Below are positions 44,713 through 54,235 of a stretch of 64,000 nucleotides of DNA, in pieces. Source of the DNA: Eubacteriales bacterium. GTDB taxonomy: Bacteria; Bacillota; Clostridia; Oscillospirales; CAG-272. The notes under the pieces were generated by a model, which did not search any database, was not told the DNA's origin, and worked only from the letters and a program-made list of their open reading frames with translations. The position numbers were made by a program, and so were the translations under genes. Each line of letters opens with the position of its first letter. The stretch's first letter is position 1. The stretch is from NCBI GenBank assembly GCA_045636445.1, contig JAZTXO010000152.1, positions 40,370 to 104,369 of the forward strand, given 5' to 3'.

Positions 44713-45708
44713 TTAGTGAGCTTTTCTCATTTTGTTTTTCTTCTGCTCTGCTCCCGACTCGGACTTGTCCACAAGGTTGATGAATATGGTTTCAAGGTCG
44801 GTTCCTATGGCAGAAAGTCCAACGATAGGCCAATTGTTTGCCGCGCAAGCGCTGAAGATGGATTTTCTCATATCAATACCGGGCTGGCTTTCCGCAACGT
44901 AAACGTATGCTTCGCCGTCTCTTGCGCCGGTAGCGTCAATCTTCTTAACCGCGCCGAGAGCGCCAACAGCGGGAACAACGTCTTTAGGCTGAGCGCATAT
45001 CTTTATTTCGTAGCGGTATCCGCCCTCGATAGTCTTGGTAAGGTCGGCAGTCTTTGCATCGGCTATAATGTTACCCTTGTTGATAATTATAATTCTTTCG
45101 CAAACGGCTTGTACCTCTGCAAGAATATGGGTGGAAAGTATTACTGTGTGACGGCGGCCGAGAGTTCTTATAAGGTTTCTGACCTCCAGAATCTGCTTCG
45201 GGTCAAGACCTACCGTAGGCTCGTCGAAAATTATGATTTTAGGATCGCCTATAAGAGCCTGGGCAATACCTACGCGCTGCTTGTAACCCTTGGAAAGGTT
45301 GCGTATAAGTCTGCTCTTGACCTCGGTGAGCTTTGCTACCGAAAGGATCTCGTCAATATGAGGCTTTCTTTCAAGCTTACAGCCTTTCAGCTCGTAAACG
45401 AAATCAAGATATTCTCTTACAGTCATCTCGGGATAAATGGGCGGCTGCTCGGGCAAAAATCCGATGTTCCTTTTTGCCTCGATGGGATCTTCAAGTATAT
45501 CAACTCCGTTTATGTATGCCACGCCCGACGTTGCCGAAAGGTAACCTGTCAGAATATTCATCGTCGTACTCTTACCAGCTCCGTTAGGGCCGAGAAGACC
45601 AACGATCTCTCCTTCGTTTACCTCAAAAGAAATGTCGTTAAGAGCGTAATTTGTTCCGTATTTTTTTACAAGATTTTCAATCTTAATAACGGGATTAGTT
45701 GCTTCCAT
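44713..45708 (-). CDS. ABC transporter ATP-binding protein (ABC-2/GldA-like)
   Basis: 331 aa. Walker A GPNGAGKST, signature LSKGYKQRV, Walker B IIIFDEPTVGLD, and a C-terminal accessory domain. Confidence 0.92.
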   Translation of the reverse strand: MEATNPVIKIENLVKKYGTNYALNDISFEVNEGEIVGLLGPNGAGKSTTMNILTGYLSATSGVAYINGVDILEDPIEAKRNIGFLPEQPPIYPEMTVREYLDFVYELKGCKLERKPHIDEILSVAKLTEVKSRLIRNLSKGYKQRVGIAQALIGDPKIIIFDEPTVGLDPKQILEVRNLIRTLGRRHTVILSTHILAEVQAVCERIIIINKGNIIADAKTADLTKTIEGGYRYEIKICAQPKDVVPAVGALGAVKKIDATGARDGEAYVYVAESQPGIDMRKSIFSACAANNWPIVGLSAIGTDLETIFINLVDKSESGAEQKKNKMRKAH

Positions 45709-45904
45709 TTTTATTCTCCAAACTTTAATAAAAAATCAAATGCGACAGCCAAAAGGGCATATCGCGAATTTTCGCTATACGATTATAGCATATAAATATA
45801 AATAAAATATGAACATTTTAATAGAAATATAAAATAATTTGAAAATATATCTTACATTTGTATATCACAGGTGCGAAAGGGGGCAAAAACAAGGCTGCAA
45901 ATGC

Positions 45905-45933
45905 TTGACAAAAGCGTTTATTCGTTGTATAAT
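45905..45933 (+). promoter_or_regulatory. Consensus promoter (TTGACA-17-TATAAT) for trpS
   Basis: TTGACA at 45905-45910, 17-nt spacer, TATAAT at 45928-45933. The leader is only about 40 nt, so there is no room for a T-box. Confidence 0.65.
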
Positions 45934-45979
45934 TATATGTAAACTTTTAAGCTACCTCCCACGAAAGGATTTCATTATA

Positions 45980-46975
45980 ATGACCGGCGATAAGAAAACA
46001 GTCTTTTCCGGTGTTCAGCCCTCAGGCAACCTGACTATCGGAAATTACCTTGGAGCGATTAAGAATTTTTCACGCTTCTCCGAGGATTATAAAACCTTCT
46101 ACTGCGTTGTGGACCTTCACGCAATCACCGTAAGGCAGGTTCCCGCAGAATTAAGAAAGAGAACCTACGAAACTCTTGCTCTTTATATGGCGTGCGGACT
46201 TGATGAGAAGAAAAACACACTTTTCGTTCAGTCCCACGTTCCGGCTCACGCAGAGCTTGGCTGGATGCTCAACTGCTACACTATGTTCGGTGAGCTTTCC
46301 CGTATGACGCAGTTCAAGGATAAGAGCCAGAAGCATTCCGAAAATATAAATGCGGGACTCTTCACCTACCCCACCCTTATGGCGGCTGATATACTTCTTT
46401 ATCAAACCGACCTTGTTCCTGTGGGAATAGACCAAAAGCAGCATCTTGAACTTGCAAGAGACATCGCCGAAAGATTTAATCAAGTCTATGGCGACACCTT
46501 CGTTATTCCCGAAGGATACATTCCTACCGACACAATGAAAATTATGTCTCTTGCCGAGCCTACCGCAAAAATGTCAAAATCCGACCCCAACGCAAATGCG
46601 GTTGTGTATATCCTTGATTCCAAGGATGACGTTATGCGTAAATTCAAGAGAGCCGTTACCGACTCGGATTCTTCCGTAAGATACTCCGAGGACAAACCCG
46701 GCATCTCCAACCTCATGACTATCTACCGCGCCTTTACCGGCAAGAGCTTCGAGGAAATCGAGAGGGAGTTTGACGGCCGCGGTTACGGCGATTTCAAACT
46801 TGCCGTAGGCGAAGCTTGCGCTGACGGACTTGCTCCCGTAAGAGAAGAATTTGCACGTCTTATGGCAGACAAAGCTTTCCTTGAGCAGGTTATGAAAAAC
46901 GGAGCAGATGAAGCTGCTTACTACGCGCGTAAAACTATGTCAAAGGTCAGAAGAAAGATTGGTTTTGTAAACTAA
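45980..46975 (+). CDS. trpS: Tryptophan--tRNA ligase
   Basis: 331 aa from the ATG at 45980. SGVQPSGNLTIGNYLGAIKNF is the class-I HIGH-equivalent and KMSKS is present. The track's longer N-terminus crosses the promoter. Confidence 0.93.
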   Translation: MTGDKKTVFSGVQPSGNLTIGNYLGAIKNFSRFSEDYKTFYCVVDLHAITVRQVPAELRKRTYETLALYMACGLDEKKNTLFVQSHVPAHAELGWMLNCYTMFGELSRMTQFKDKSQKHSENINAGLFTYPTLMAADILLYQTDLVPVGIDQKQHLELARDIAERFNQVYGDTFVIPEGYIPTDTMKIMSLAEPTAKMSKSDPNANAVVYILDSKDDVMRKFKRAVTDSDSSVRYSEDKPGISNLMTIYRAFTGKSFEEIEREFDGRGYGDFKLAVGEACADGLAPVREEFARLMADKAFLEQVMKNGADEAAYYARKTMSKVRRKIGFVN

Positions 46976-47030
46976 AGTTAACTAAAACCCGTTATTTTCT
47001 CAAAAACACAAGAAAAAACAAAAACAAAAA

Positions 47031-47089
47031 AGCAATCGGTTTTATCGCCCGACAGTATGTCACAAGGCTGATTACCGATTGCTTTTTTG
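47031..47089. terminator. Bidirectional terminator between trpS and the small lipoprotein gene
   Basis: AGCAATCGGT / ACCGATTGCT 10-bp stem (large loop) flanked by an A-run and T6. Confidence 0.55.
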
Positions 47090-47101
47090 TTTTATTAAGA
47101 A

Positions 47102-47422
47102 TTACTTCTTTGTATATTTCTGACCTGCGAACTCAAAACCGTCATCATGCTTTGTGTAGTAGAACTCAACGGTTTCATCGTCATCATTGGTAAGATAGAT
47201 CTTCTTTCTGCTGGGATCGTCTTCGTCTTTTTTGATTTCGTATGTATATTCGTAGCTGCTACCACCGGTGGTATAAACGAAATTCTTACCGGAAATTTCT
47301 ACAACGCTTCCGTCAGAAGCAACGTACGTACCTTTGTCAATCTTCTTTCCGCAAGAACCGAGAACAAGAACCGAGCCAAGCAAAAGAACGCATACAAGTA
47401 ATGTGGATATGATTTTTTTCAT
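47102..47422 (-). CDS. Small lipoprotein (106 aa), paralogue A
   Basis: MKKIISTLLVCVLLLGSVLVLG-SC lipobox. The mature part GTYVASDGSVVEISGKNFVY... is paralogous to 47646-47969. Confidence 0.75.
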   Translation of the reverse strand: MKKIISTLLVCVLLLGSVLVLGSCGKKIDKGTYVASDGSVVEISGKNFVYTTGGSSYEYTYEIKKDEDDPSRKKIYLTNDDDETVEFYYTKHDDGFEFAGQKYTKK

Positions 47423-47540
47423 TTTATATTTCCTTTCCGTAAAAAAACCGATTTACTAGTTTATTTTATCACAAAACAAACTATTAGTCAATATAAAAAG
47501 AAACTTTTTTTGTTTTTTGCAAAAATATATCCCTGCTCAA

Positions 47541-47585
47541 CCATAAAACAAAGGCGCTGTCCCGTCAATAGTGAAACAGCGCCTT
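47541..47585 (-). terminator. Intrinsic terminator after small lipoprotein B
   Basis: AAGGCGCTGT / ACAGCGCCTT 10-bp stem followed by TGTTTTAT on the minus strand. Confidence 0.65.
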
Positions 47586-47645
47586 TAGCGTTTTGCGAAA
47601 ACAACCGAATTAAATCAAGCCGCACTTCGAATTTTTTATTATATA

Positions 47646-47969
47646 TTATTGCTTATAGAACTTCTCTCCGTCAAGCTCGATATACTGGCCGTCGCTGTCG
47701 CTTCCCTTGGAGAAGTCCATCTCGCCGTTAAGCTCTTCAGCCAAGTCTCCCTCGAAATCAAAGGTAATGGTGTCACCGCTGATTTTGTAAGTACCGTCGA
47801 TAGATACGCCGAACATTTCCACTTCTACGTTTTTACCGCTGAAAGTAAAGGCAACCAAACCGCTTTCATCTTCGTAAGTGCCGGAAAGAGTGCTTCCGCA
47901 AGAAGAAAGAACAAGTACGCTGCTGAGAATCATTACGCAAACGAGAACCGCTGATAAGATTTTTTTCAT
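47646..47969 (-). CDS. Small lipoprotein (107 aa), paralogue B
   Basis: MKKILSAVLVCVMILSSVLVLS-SC lipobox, followed by GTYEDESGLVAFTFSGKNVEV... Confidence 0.75.
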   Translation of the reverse strand: MKKILSAVLVCVMILSSVLVLSSCGSTLSGTYEDESGLVAFTFSGKNVEVEMFGVSIDGTYKISGDTITFDFEGDLAEELNGEMDFSKGSDSDGQYIELDGEKFYKQ

Positions 47970-48131
47970 TTCAAAAAACTCCTTTGTTTATTTTACGAGA
48001 TAACACTCTCTCGTTTAACATTATATTACTACTTTTTTTGTTTTTTGTCAATAAACAATCAATCTGTTTAATACATTTTAACTTTTTTTGGTATATATAA
48101 ACAAAATGTAATTTTCTTTTTTGTAAAACTC

Positions 48132-48160
48132 TTGACAAAAAATATCTTACATAGTATAAT
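48132..48160 (+). promoter_or_regulatory. Consensus promoter (TTGACA-17-TATAAT) for the citrate-synthase-like gene
   Basis: TTGACA at 48132-48137, 17-nt spacer, TATAAT at 48155-48160. Confidence 0.65.
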
Positions 48161-48211
48161 GGTAACAAAATTGTATGCTTGTATACAATCCGGCAAAGAA
48201 AGGAAAAAAAT

Positions 48212-49594
48212 ATGCTTGCTAAAAACAAACACTCAAACCTATTAGAGCAGTCGCAGTACAAATATTCTCTTCAGGATGTCGACGAGCCTAATCTGTACCG
48301 GGAAATATACCCTTACGATGAAATTCCGAAGGTTGCCTTCAACCACCGCCGCGTTCCTCTTGACGTACCGGAAAACATCTGGATTACCGACACTACCTTC
48401 CGTGACGGTCAGCAGTCCAGAGCCCCCTATACTGCAAGTCAGATTGTGGATATGTATAAAATGCTTCACCGCCTTGGCGGCCCGAACGGTCTTATTCGCC
48501 AGAGCGAGTTCTTCGTATACACCAAAAAGGACAGAGAAGCTGTTCTTAAATGTATGGACCTCGGTTACGAATTTCCCGAGGTTACTACCTGGATAAGAGC
48601 GAAAAAAGAGGACTTTGCATTAGTTCACGACATAGGAATCAAGGAAACCGGTATTCTCGTTTCCTGCTCCGACTATCATATATTCAAAAAGCTCGGTCTT
48701 TCCCGTAAGGAAGCTATGGACCACTACCTCGGAGTAGTTAAGAGCGCTTTTAATGCGGGAATTCGTCCCCGTTGCCACCTTGAGGATATTACAAGAGCCG
48801 ACTTCTACGGCTTTGTTGTTCCCTTTGTAAACGAGCTTAACGAACTTGCAAACGAAGCTAATATTCCCGTTAAAATAAGAATGTGCGATACTATGGGATA
48901 TGGCGTTTCCTATCCCGGTGTTGCTCTTCCCCGAAGCGTACCCGGTATCGTTTACGGTCTTCACCACTATGCCGACGTATCCTCGGATATGCTTGAATGG
49001 CACGGACACAACGACTTCTATCACGGCGTAACCAACGCTGTAAACGCTTGGCTTTACGGCTGTTCCAGCGTTAACTGCTCGCTTCTCGGAATAGGCGAAA
49101 GAACCGGAAATATTCCTCTTGAAGCTATGGTTATGGAATACGCTGCTCTTCGCGGCTCTTTCGACGGTATGGATCCTACGGTTATTACCGAGATTGCCGA
49201 GTATTTCAAGAACGAAATAGGCTACGACATTCCTCCTATGACTCCTTTTGTAGGCTCTGCCTTTAACCTTACACGCGCGGGCGTTCACGCAGACGGTCTT
49301 ATGAAGGATCAGGAGATATACAACATCTTCGATACCGAAAAAATCCTTAACCGCCCCGCAGAGGTTGCTATATCCAACACCTCCGGTACTGCAGGTATCG
49401 CATATTGGATCAATAAGCATTACAAGCTGGGTGAAAACGGTACTGTAACAAAGCAAGACCCATTGGTAATCAAAATCAAGGAAGAAATCGACCGTCTTTA
49501 TGCCGACGGAAGAACCACGCTTATGGGAGACGATGAGCTTGAACAGATCATCAATTTCTACTATCCTCGTCTATCCGGCCCCGCCGTTGACTAA
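48212..49594 (+). CDS. Re-face citrate synthase-like enzyme (homocitrate / 2-isopropylmalate synthase family, DRE-TIM)
   Basis: ITDTTFRDGQQS and EWHGHNDF metal/substrate motifs of the HCS/IPMS family. About 460 aa with no LeuA regulatory domain. Followed by aconitase, as in clostridial Re-citrate synthase loci. ATG at 48212. Confidence 0.7.
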   Translation: MLAKNKHSNLLEQSQYKYSLQDVDEPNLYREIYPYDEIPKVAFNHRRVPLDVPENIWITDTTFRDGQQSRAPYTASQIVDMYKMLHRLGGPNGLIRQSEFFVYTKKDREAVLKCMDLGYEFPEVTTWIRAKKEDFALVHDIGIKETGILVSCSDYHIFKKLGLSRKEAMDHYLGVVKSAFNAGIRPRCHLEDITRADFYGFVVPFVNELNELANEANIPVKIRMCDTMGYGVSYPGVALPRSVPGIVYGLHHYADVSSDMLEWHGHNDFYHGVTNAVNAWLYGCSSVNCSLLGIGERTGNIPLEAMVMEYAALRGSFDGMDPTVITEIAEYFKNEIGYDIPPMTPFVGSAFNLTRAGVHADGLMKDQEIYNIFDTEKILNRPAEVAISNTSGTAGIAYWINKHYKLGENGTVTKQDPLVIKIKEEIDRLYADGRTTLMGDDELEQIINFYYPRLSGPAVD

Positions 49595-49626
49595 TGCAAA
49601 AACCACGAAAAACGGAGATTTTGTAA

Positions 49627-50289
49627 ATGATTATTGACAATTCAGCCAAATCTCTTGAGCAAAGCGTGTTTTTGAAGCTTGAAGAAGAGATTCTGAACGG
49701 CGAACTGAAAAAGGGTGAAATTCTGACCGAGCTTTCCCTTTCGGCAAGACTCGGAGTCAGCAGAACTCCCATAAGGGCAGCTCTGCACAGACTTGCCGAA
49801 GAAGGGCTTATAAAGCTGGAGGCTAACCGTGGAGTTACGGTCTTGGGAGTATCCGAGGGTGACCTTTTGGATATTTACACCATAAGAATGCGACTTGAAG
49901 GTCTGGCATCCTCTGAGGCTGCTAAAAACATTTCAAAGGAAGCTCTCTCGGAACTTCGTGAATCGGTTGAGCTTTCGGAGTTTTATATTAAAAGGAAGAA
50001 TGCCGAAAAGCTCAAAGAGCTTGACACCCGTTTCCACGAAATTATATATATTGCATCCGCAAATATGCGACTTGAAAAAATACTTTCGGAGCTTCACCGA
50101 AATATAAGAGTCTACCGAAAGCTTTCCCTCTCGGTAAGCGAAAGACTTGAAAAATCGGTTGAAGAGCACAGAGAAATCCTTTCCTCTATTGAAAAGGGTA
50201 ATGCCGAGGAAGCCGACAGACTTATGACGGAGCATATACGCTCGGCTCTCAACAGTGTTTTATCTGCGGTTGAAAAGAAACAAGACTAA
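49627..50289 (+). CDS. GntR-family transcriptional regulator (FadR/FCD subfamily)
   Basis: 220 aa. N-terminal winged HTH (ELSLSARLGVSRTPIRAALHRLAEEGLI) plus an all-helical FCD-type C-terminal domain. Confidence 0.85.
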   Translation: MIIDNSAKSLEQSVFLKLEEEILNGELKKGEILTELSLSARLGVSRTPIRAALHRLAEEGLIKLEANRGVTVLGVSEGDLLDIYTIRMRLEGLASSEAAKNISKEALSELRESVELSEFYIKRKNAEKLKELDTRFHEIIYIASANMRLEKILSELHRNIRVYRKLSLSVSERLEKSVEEHREILSSIEKGNAEEADRLMTEHIRSALNSVLSAVEKKQD

Positions 50290-50310
50290 TATTAAGGAAG
50301 AAAAACTAAA

Positions 50311-52245
50311 ATGGGATACTCAATAGTACAAAAGATTATAAAAGCTCATCTTCTCTCCGGAGAAATGAGCGCAGGTCAGGAGATTGCTTTAAGAATTGAC
50401 CAGACTCTGACTCAGGACGCCACAGGTACAATGGCGTATCTTCAGCTTGAAGCTATGGAGATTGACAGAGTTAAAACCGAGCTTTCGGTAGCCTACATTG
50501 ACCACAATACACTTCAGTCGGGCTTTGAGAATGCCGACGACCACAGATACATTCAGACGGTTGCAAAAAAGCACGGCTTACGCTTCTCCCGTCCCGGTAA
50601 CGGCATCTGCCACCAGGTACATCTTGAGCGTTTCGGCAAACCCGGAAAAACCCTTATCGGCTCGGATAGCCACACTCCCACAGCCGGCGGTATCGGTATG
50701 CTCGGTATGGGCGCGGGCGGTCTTGACGTTGCGGTTGCTATGGGCGGCGGAGCATATTACATCACTATGCCCAAGGTTATCAAGGTAAATCTTGTAGGAG
50801 CTCTTTCCGACTACGTAGGAGCAAAGGACGTTATCCTTGAGGTTCTTCGTATTCTCGGCGTTAAGGGCGGTGTCGGAGCAGTTATCGAGTATGCGGGCGA
50901 GGGCGTCAAGACTCTTTCCGTTCCTCAAAGAGCTACCATCACCAATATGGGCGCAGAGCTTGGCGCGACAAGCTCTATATTCCCCTCCGACGAGCTGACT
51001 CACGCTTTCCTTAAAGCTCAAGGAAGAGAAGAGGACTACACTCCCCTCTCCCCCGATGCTGACGCTGTATACGACGCTGAATACACCGTTGACCTTTCGG
51101 AGCTTCGCCCTCTTGCGGCTTGTCCTCACAGTCCCGACAACGTAAAGGCGGTTTCTTCTCTTGCGGGAATGAAAATCGACCAGGTATGTATCGGCTCTTG
51201 CACCAACTCTTCCCTCTCGGATATGCTTACCGTTGCGGCAATGCTTAAGGGAAAAACCGTTCATCCCGACGTATCTCTCTCTATCTCCCCCGGTTCAAAG
51301 CAGGTTTACACTATGCTTGCCGAGTGCGGAGCTCTTGCGGATTTGATTGCGGCAGGCGCAAGAATTCTTGAATGCGCTTGCGGCCCTTGCATCGGTATGG
51401 GCTTCTCTCCCAAGTCTGCGGGTATCTCTCTCCGTACCTTTAACCGTAACTTCCTTGCTCGCTCCGGCACTGCCGACGCAAGCGTTTATCTCGTTTCTCC
51501 CGAGGTTGCGGCAGCATCTGCCATAGCCGGCGTATTCACCGACCCCACAACTCTCGGCAAAGCTCCCAAAATCGCTATGCCCGAGCGTTTCACCATAAAC
51601 GACAACCTTATCGAGCTTCCCGCATCGGCTGAAGATGCAGAGTCGGTGGTTGTTGAAAGAGGCCCTAACATCAAGCCTATTCCCAAGGGAGTTGCTCCTG
51701 CGGAAAATCTTGAATGTGAGCTTATTCTTAAGGTGGGCGACAACATCACCACCGACCACATTATGCCCGCAGGCGCAAAGATTCTTCCCTATCGTTCCAA
51801 CGTGCCGAAGCTTTCGGAATTCTGCTTCACCGTATGTGATAAGGACTTCCCCGAAAGAGCAAAGGCAAAGGGCGGCGGAGTAATCCTTGGCGGACAGAAT
51901 TACGGTCAAGGCTCTTCCCGTGAGCACGCAGCTCTTGTTCCTCTTTACCTTGGCGTAAAGGCAGTTATCGCCAAGAGCTTTGCAAGAATCCACATGGCGA
52001 ACCTTGTAAACTTCGGCATAGCTCCTATAACTCTCAAAAACGAGGCTGATTACGACAAAATTGCCGAAGGTGACGAGATTGTAATCGAAGGATTTGCAGA
52101 AGCTATCGCTTCCAAGTCCGAGGCAACGCTTCTCAACAAGAAAAACAGTGAAAAAATTCCTCTTGTCCTTTCCTTCTCCGAAAGACAGCGTGAAATTCTC
52201 CTTGCAGGCGGCACACTGAATTACACTAAAATGAAATCCAAATAA
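50311..52245 (+). CDS. Aconitate hydratase
   Basis: 644 aa. Aconitase motifs IGSDSHT and CIGSCTN, the Fe-S Cys ligands (ECACGPCIGMG), and a C-terminal swivel domain (GGQNYGQGSSREHAA). Confidence 0.9.
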   Translation: MGYSIVQKIIKAHLLSGEMSAGQEIALRIDQTLTQDATGTMAYLQLEAMEIDRVKTELSVAYIDHNTLQSGFENADDHRYIQTVAKKHGLRFSRPGNGICHQVHLERFGKPGKTLIGSDSHTPTAGGIGMLGMGAGGLDVAVAMGGGAYYITMPKVIKVNLVGALSDYVGAKDVILEVLRILGVKGGVGAVIEYAGEGVKTLSVPQRATITNMGAELGATSSIFPSDELTHAFLKAQGREEDYTPLSPDADAVYDAEYTVDLSELRPLAACPHSPDNVKAVSSLAGMKIDQVCIGSCTNSSLSDMLTVAAMLKGKTVHPDVSLSISPGSKQVYTMLAECGALADLIAAGARILECACGPCIGMGFSPKSAGISLRTFNRNFLARSGTADASVYLVSPEVAAASAIAGVFTDPTTLGKAPKIAMPERFTINDNLIELPASAEDAESVVVERGPNIKPIPKGVAPAENLECELILKVGDNITTDHIMPAGAKILPYRSNVPKLSEFCFTVCDKDFPERAKAKGGGVILGGQNYGQGSSREHAALVPLYLGVKAVIAKSFARIHMANLVNFGIAPITLKNEADYDKIAEGDEIVIEGFAEAIASKSEATLLNKKNSEKIPLVLSFSERQREILLAGGTLNYTKMKSK

Positions 52246-52280
52246 CCCATCAAAGCGGGCCGAAAGGTCCGCTTTGTCTA

Positions 52281-52309
52281 TTGACTTTATATTACGCATA
52301 TGTTAGAAT
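52281..52309 (+). promoter_or_regulatory. Candidate promoter (TTGACT-17-TAGAAT) for the GH20-like gene
   Basis: TTGACT at 52281-52286, 17-nt spacer, TAGAAT at 52304-52309. Confidence 0.45.
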
Positions 52310-52338
52310 AAAAATATATCTTTTTTTATTGGAGTTTT

Positions 52339-54195
52339 ATGATGAAGCTTAATTTTAAAGTAGACGATTCCTTGAATATCGGCATTGACAGACTGTCGAG
52401 CGTTCTCGGCTTTGAGTGCGGCGAGGGCATCTCGGTTACCGCCGTAAACGGCGACAAAATCGGTGTAAGCCTGAAAAATAACAATGCGGTCATTTACTAC
52501 CGCAATAAGGCACAGTTCTTCCGCGGACTGGGTGTTCTTCTTGAAAAGGCGAAAGTCTCTTCCGAGTTTGAAATTTTCGAGGACGGTTTCTTTGAAACCC
52601 TTTCCGCTATGATAGACTCCTCTCGTTGCGGTGTTCCTACCGTTAAGACCGTAAAAAGCCTTATCGACTACCTTGCGGTTATGGGCTACAATATGGTTAT
52701 GCTCTATACCGAGGACGTTGTGGAGCTTGAAGGACGCCCCTACTTCGGCTATATGCGCGGCAGATACACGGTAGCCGACCTTAAGGAAATCGACGATTAC
52801 GCATACGAATACGGCATTGAGGTAATTCCTTGCCTTGAGTGCTACGGTCATATGGAAAAATATCTTATCTGGAACGAGGCTTCTCCCATAAGAGATACCG
52901 CAGGCGTTCTTCTCGCCAGAGAGCCAAAAACCTTTGAATTCGTTGAAGAGCTTATCTCCACCGTTACAGGCGCTCTCCGTTCAAAGAGAATACATATCGG
53001 TATGGACGAAGCTTGGGATATGGGACGCGGAAAGTTCCTAGATAAACACGGCTACGTGCCTCCCTTTGACATTTTCAACGAGTTTATGGACGGCCTTATC
53101 GCTATCACTAACAAATACGGCCTTAAGCCTATGATGTGGAGCGATATGTATTTCCGTATCAGCAACAAAAACAACGACCTCTATTACGAAAAAAGCACCG
53201 TCATTCCCGACGACGTAAAGGCTAAAATTCCCGAAGAGGTAGAGCTTGTATTCTGGCATTACGGCGAAGAGCCTTGGTGCGACGATTATATGCTGAAAAA
53301 GCATAACGAGCTTGACCGAAAGGTTATTTTCGCAGGCGGAAACTGGGGTTGGATAGGTCACTTCCCCGAACACAACTATATGAGAGAAACCTCTCGCTTC
53401 TCTCTTAATGCCTGCCGTAATAACAACGTTAAGGAAGCAATGCTCACCATCTGGTGCAACGATAACGCAGAGTGCGATCCCTTTGCTAATCTTTACGGAA
53501 TGTCCTATTTCGCAGAGCTTTGCTATAACCCCAACTTCACCGAAGAAGAGTTTAAATCAAGATTTGAAAGCTGTACGGGCGCTGATGCCGATCTCTTCTA
53601 CAAGATGAGCTACTACCACAACGATTTCGAGAGAAATCCTAAGTTTGAAAGCTATAGCAGACGCTTCCTCGGCAAACCTCTCTTCTGGCAGGATATTATG
53701 GAAGGTCTTTACGACACCCACCTCTTTAGTAAGAAGATGTCCGACCACTACGAGGCTACCGCAAAGGTCTATGAAGGTAAGTCAAGCGACGAAAAATGGG
53801 GTTATCTTTACGACTACGCTTTCTGCGTTATGGATTACCTTGCTACAAAGACGTATATTGCCGAAAATCTCGTTCCCGCATACAAGTCGGGCAACAAGGA
53901 GCTTTTGAGAAATATTGCCGAAAAGCAGCTTCCTCTTCTTAAAGAAAAGACTGTCAGAGTTCATGCATCCCATAAAAACGCATGGCTCAAAAACAACAAA
54001 GTTATCGGTTGGGCAAATATGGACGTGCGTTACGGCGGTGTTGCCGCAAGATGCGACACTGCAAGTATGCTTATCCTCTCCTACCTTAACGGTGAAATCC
54101 AAAAGCTTGACGAGCTTGAAGAAACAAGACTTGAAAAGGGGCTTTCCGGCTTTGTTCACTACTCGGGAATCGTTACTCCCAACATAAAAATATAA
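52339..54195 (+). CDS. Glycoside hydrolase family 20-like (beta-N-acetylhexosaminidase-like), cytosolic
   Basis: 618 aa. TIM-barrel pattern with ...YNMVMLYTED..., ...EVIPCLECYGHME... and RIHIGMDEAWDMG, which resembles the GH20 H-x-G-x-D-E catalytic region. No signal peptide. Confidence 0.55.
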   Translation: MMKLNFKVDDSLNIGIDRLSSVLGFECGEGISVTAVNGDKIGVSLKNNNAVIYYRNKAQFFRGLGVLLEKAKVSSEFEIFEDGFFETLSAMIDSSRCGVPTVKTVKSLIDYLAVMGYNMVMLYTEDVVELEGRPYFGYMRGRYTVADLKEIDDYAYEYGIEVIPCLECYGHMEKYLIWNEASPIRDTAGVLLAREPKTFEFVEELISTVTGALRSKRIHIGMDEAWDMGRGKFLDKHGYVPPFDIFNEFMDGLIAITNKYGLKPMMWSDMYFRISNKNNDLYYEKSTVIPDDVKAKIPEEVELVFWHYGEEPWCDDYMLKKHNELDRKVIFAGGNWGWIGHFPEHNYMRETSRFSLNACRNNNVKEAMLTIWCNDNAECDPFANLYGMSYFAELCYNPNFTEEEFKSRFESCTGADADLFYKMSYYHNDFERNPKFESYSRRFLGKPLFWQDIMEGLYDTHLFSKKMSDHYEATAKVYEGKSSDEKWGYLYDYAFCVMDYLATKTYIAENLVPAYKSGNKELLRNIAEKQLPLLKEKTVRVHASHKNAWLKNNKVIGWANMDVRYGGVAARCDTASMLILSYLNGEIQKLDELEETRLEKGLSGFVHYSGIVTPNIKI

Positions 54196-54235
54196 CAAAA
54201 AGTCAATAATAGTTTACAAAAAGGCGAATTTGACA

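Noticed and set aside
44689-45795. 368-aa + strand ORF opposite the ABC ATPase gene.
   Set aside because: Antisense to a gene with perfect Walker A/B and signature motifs, and it extends into the promoter region.
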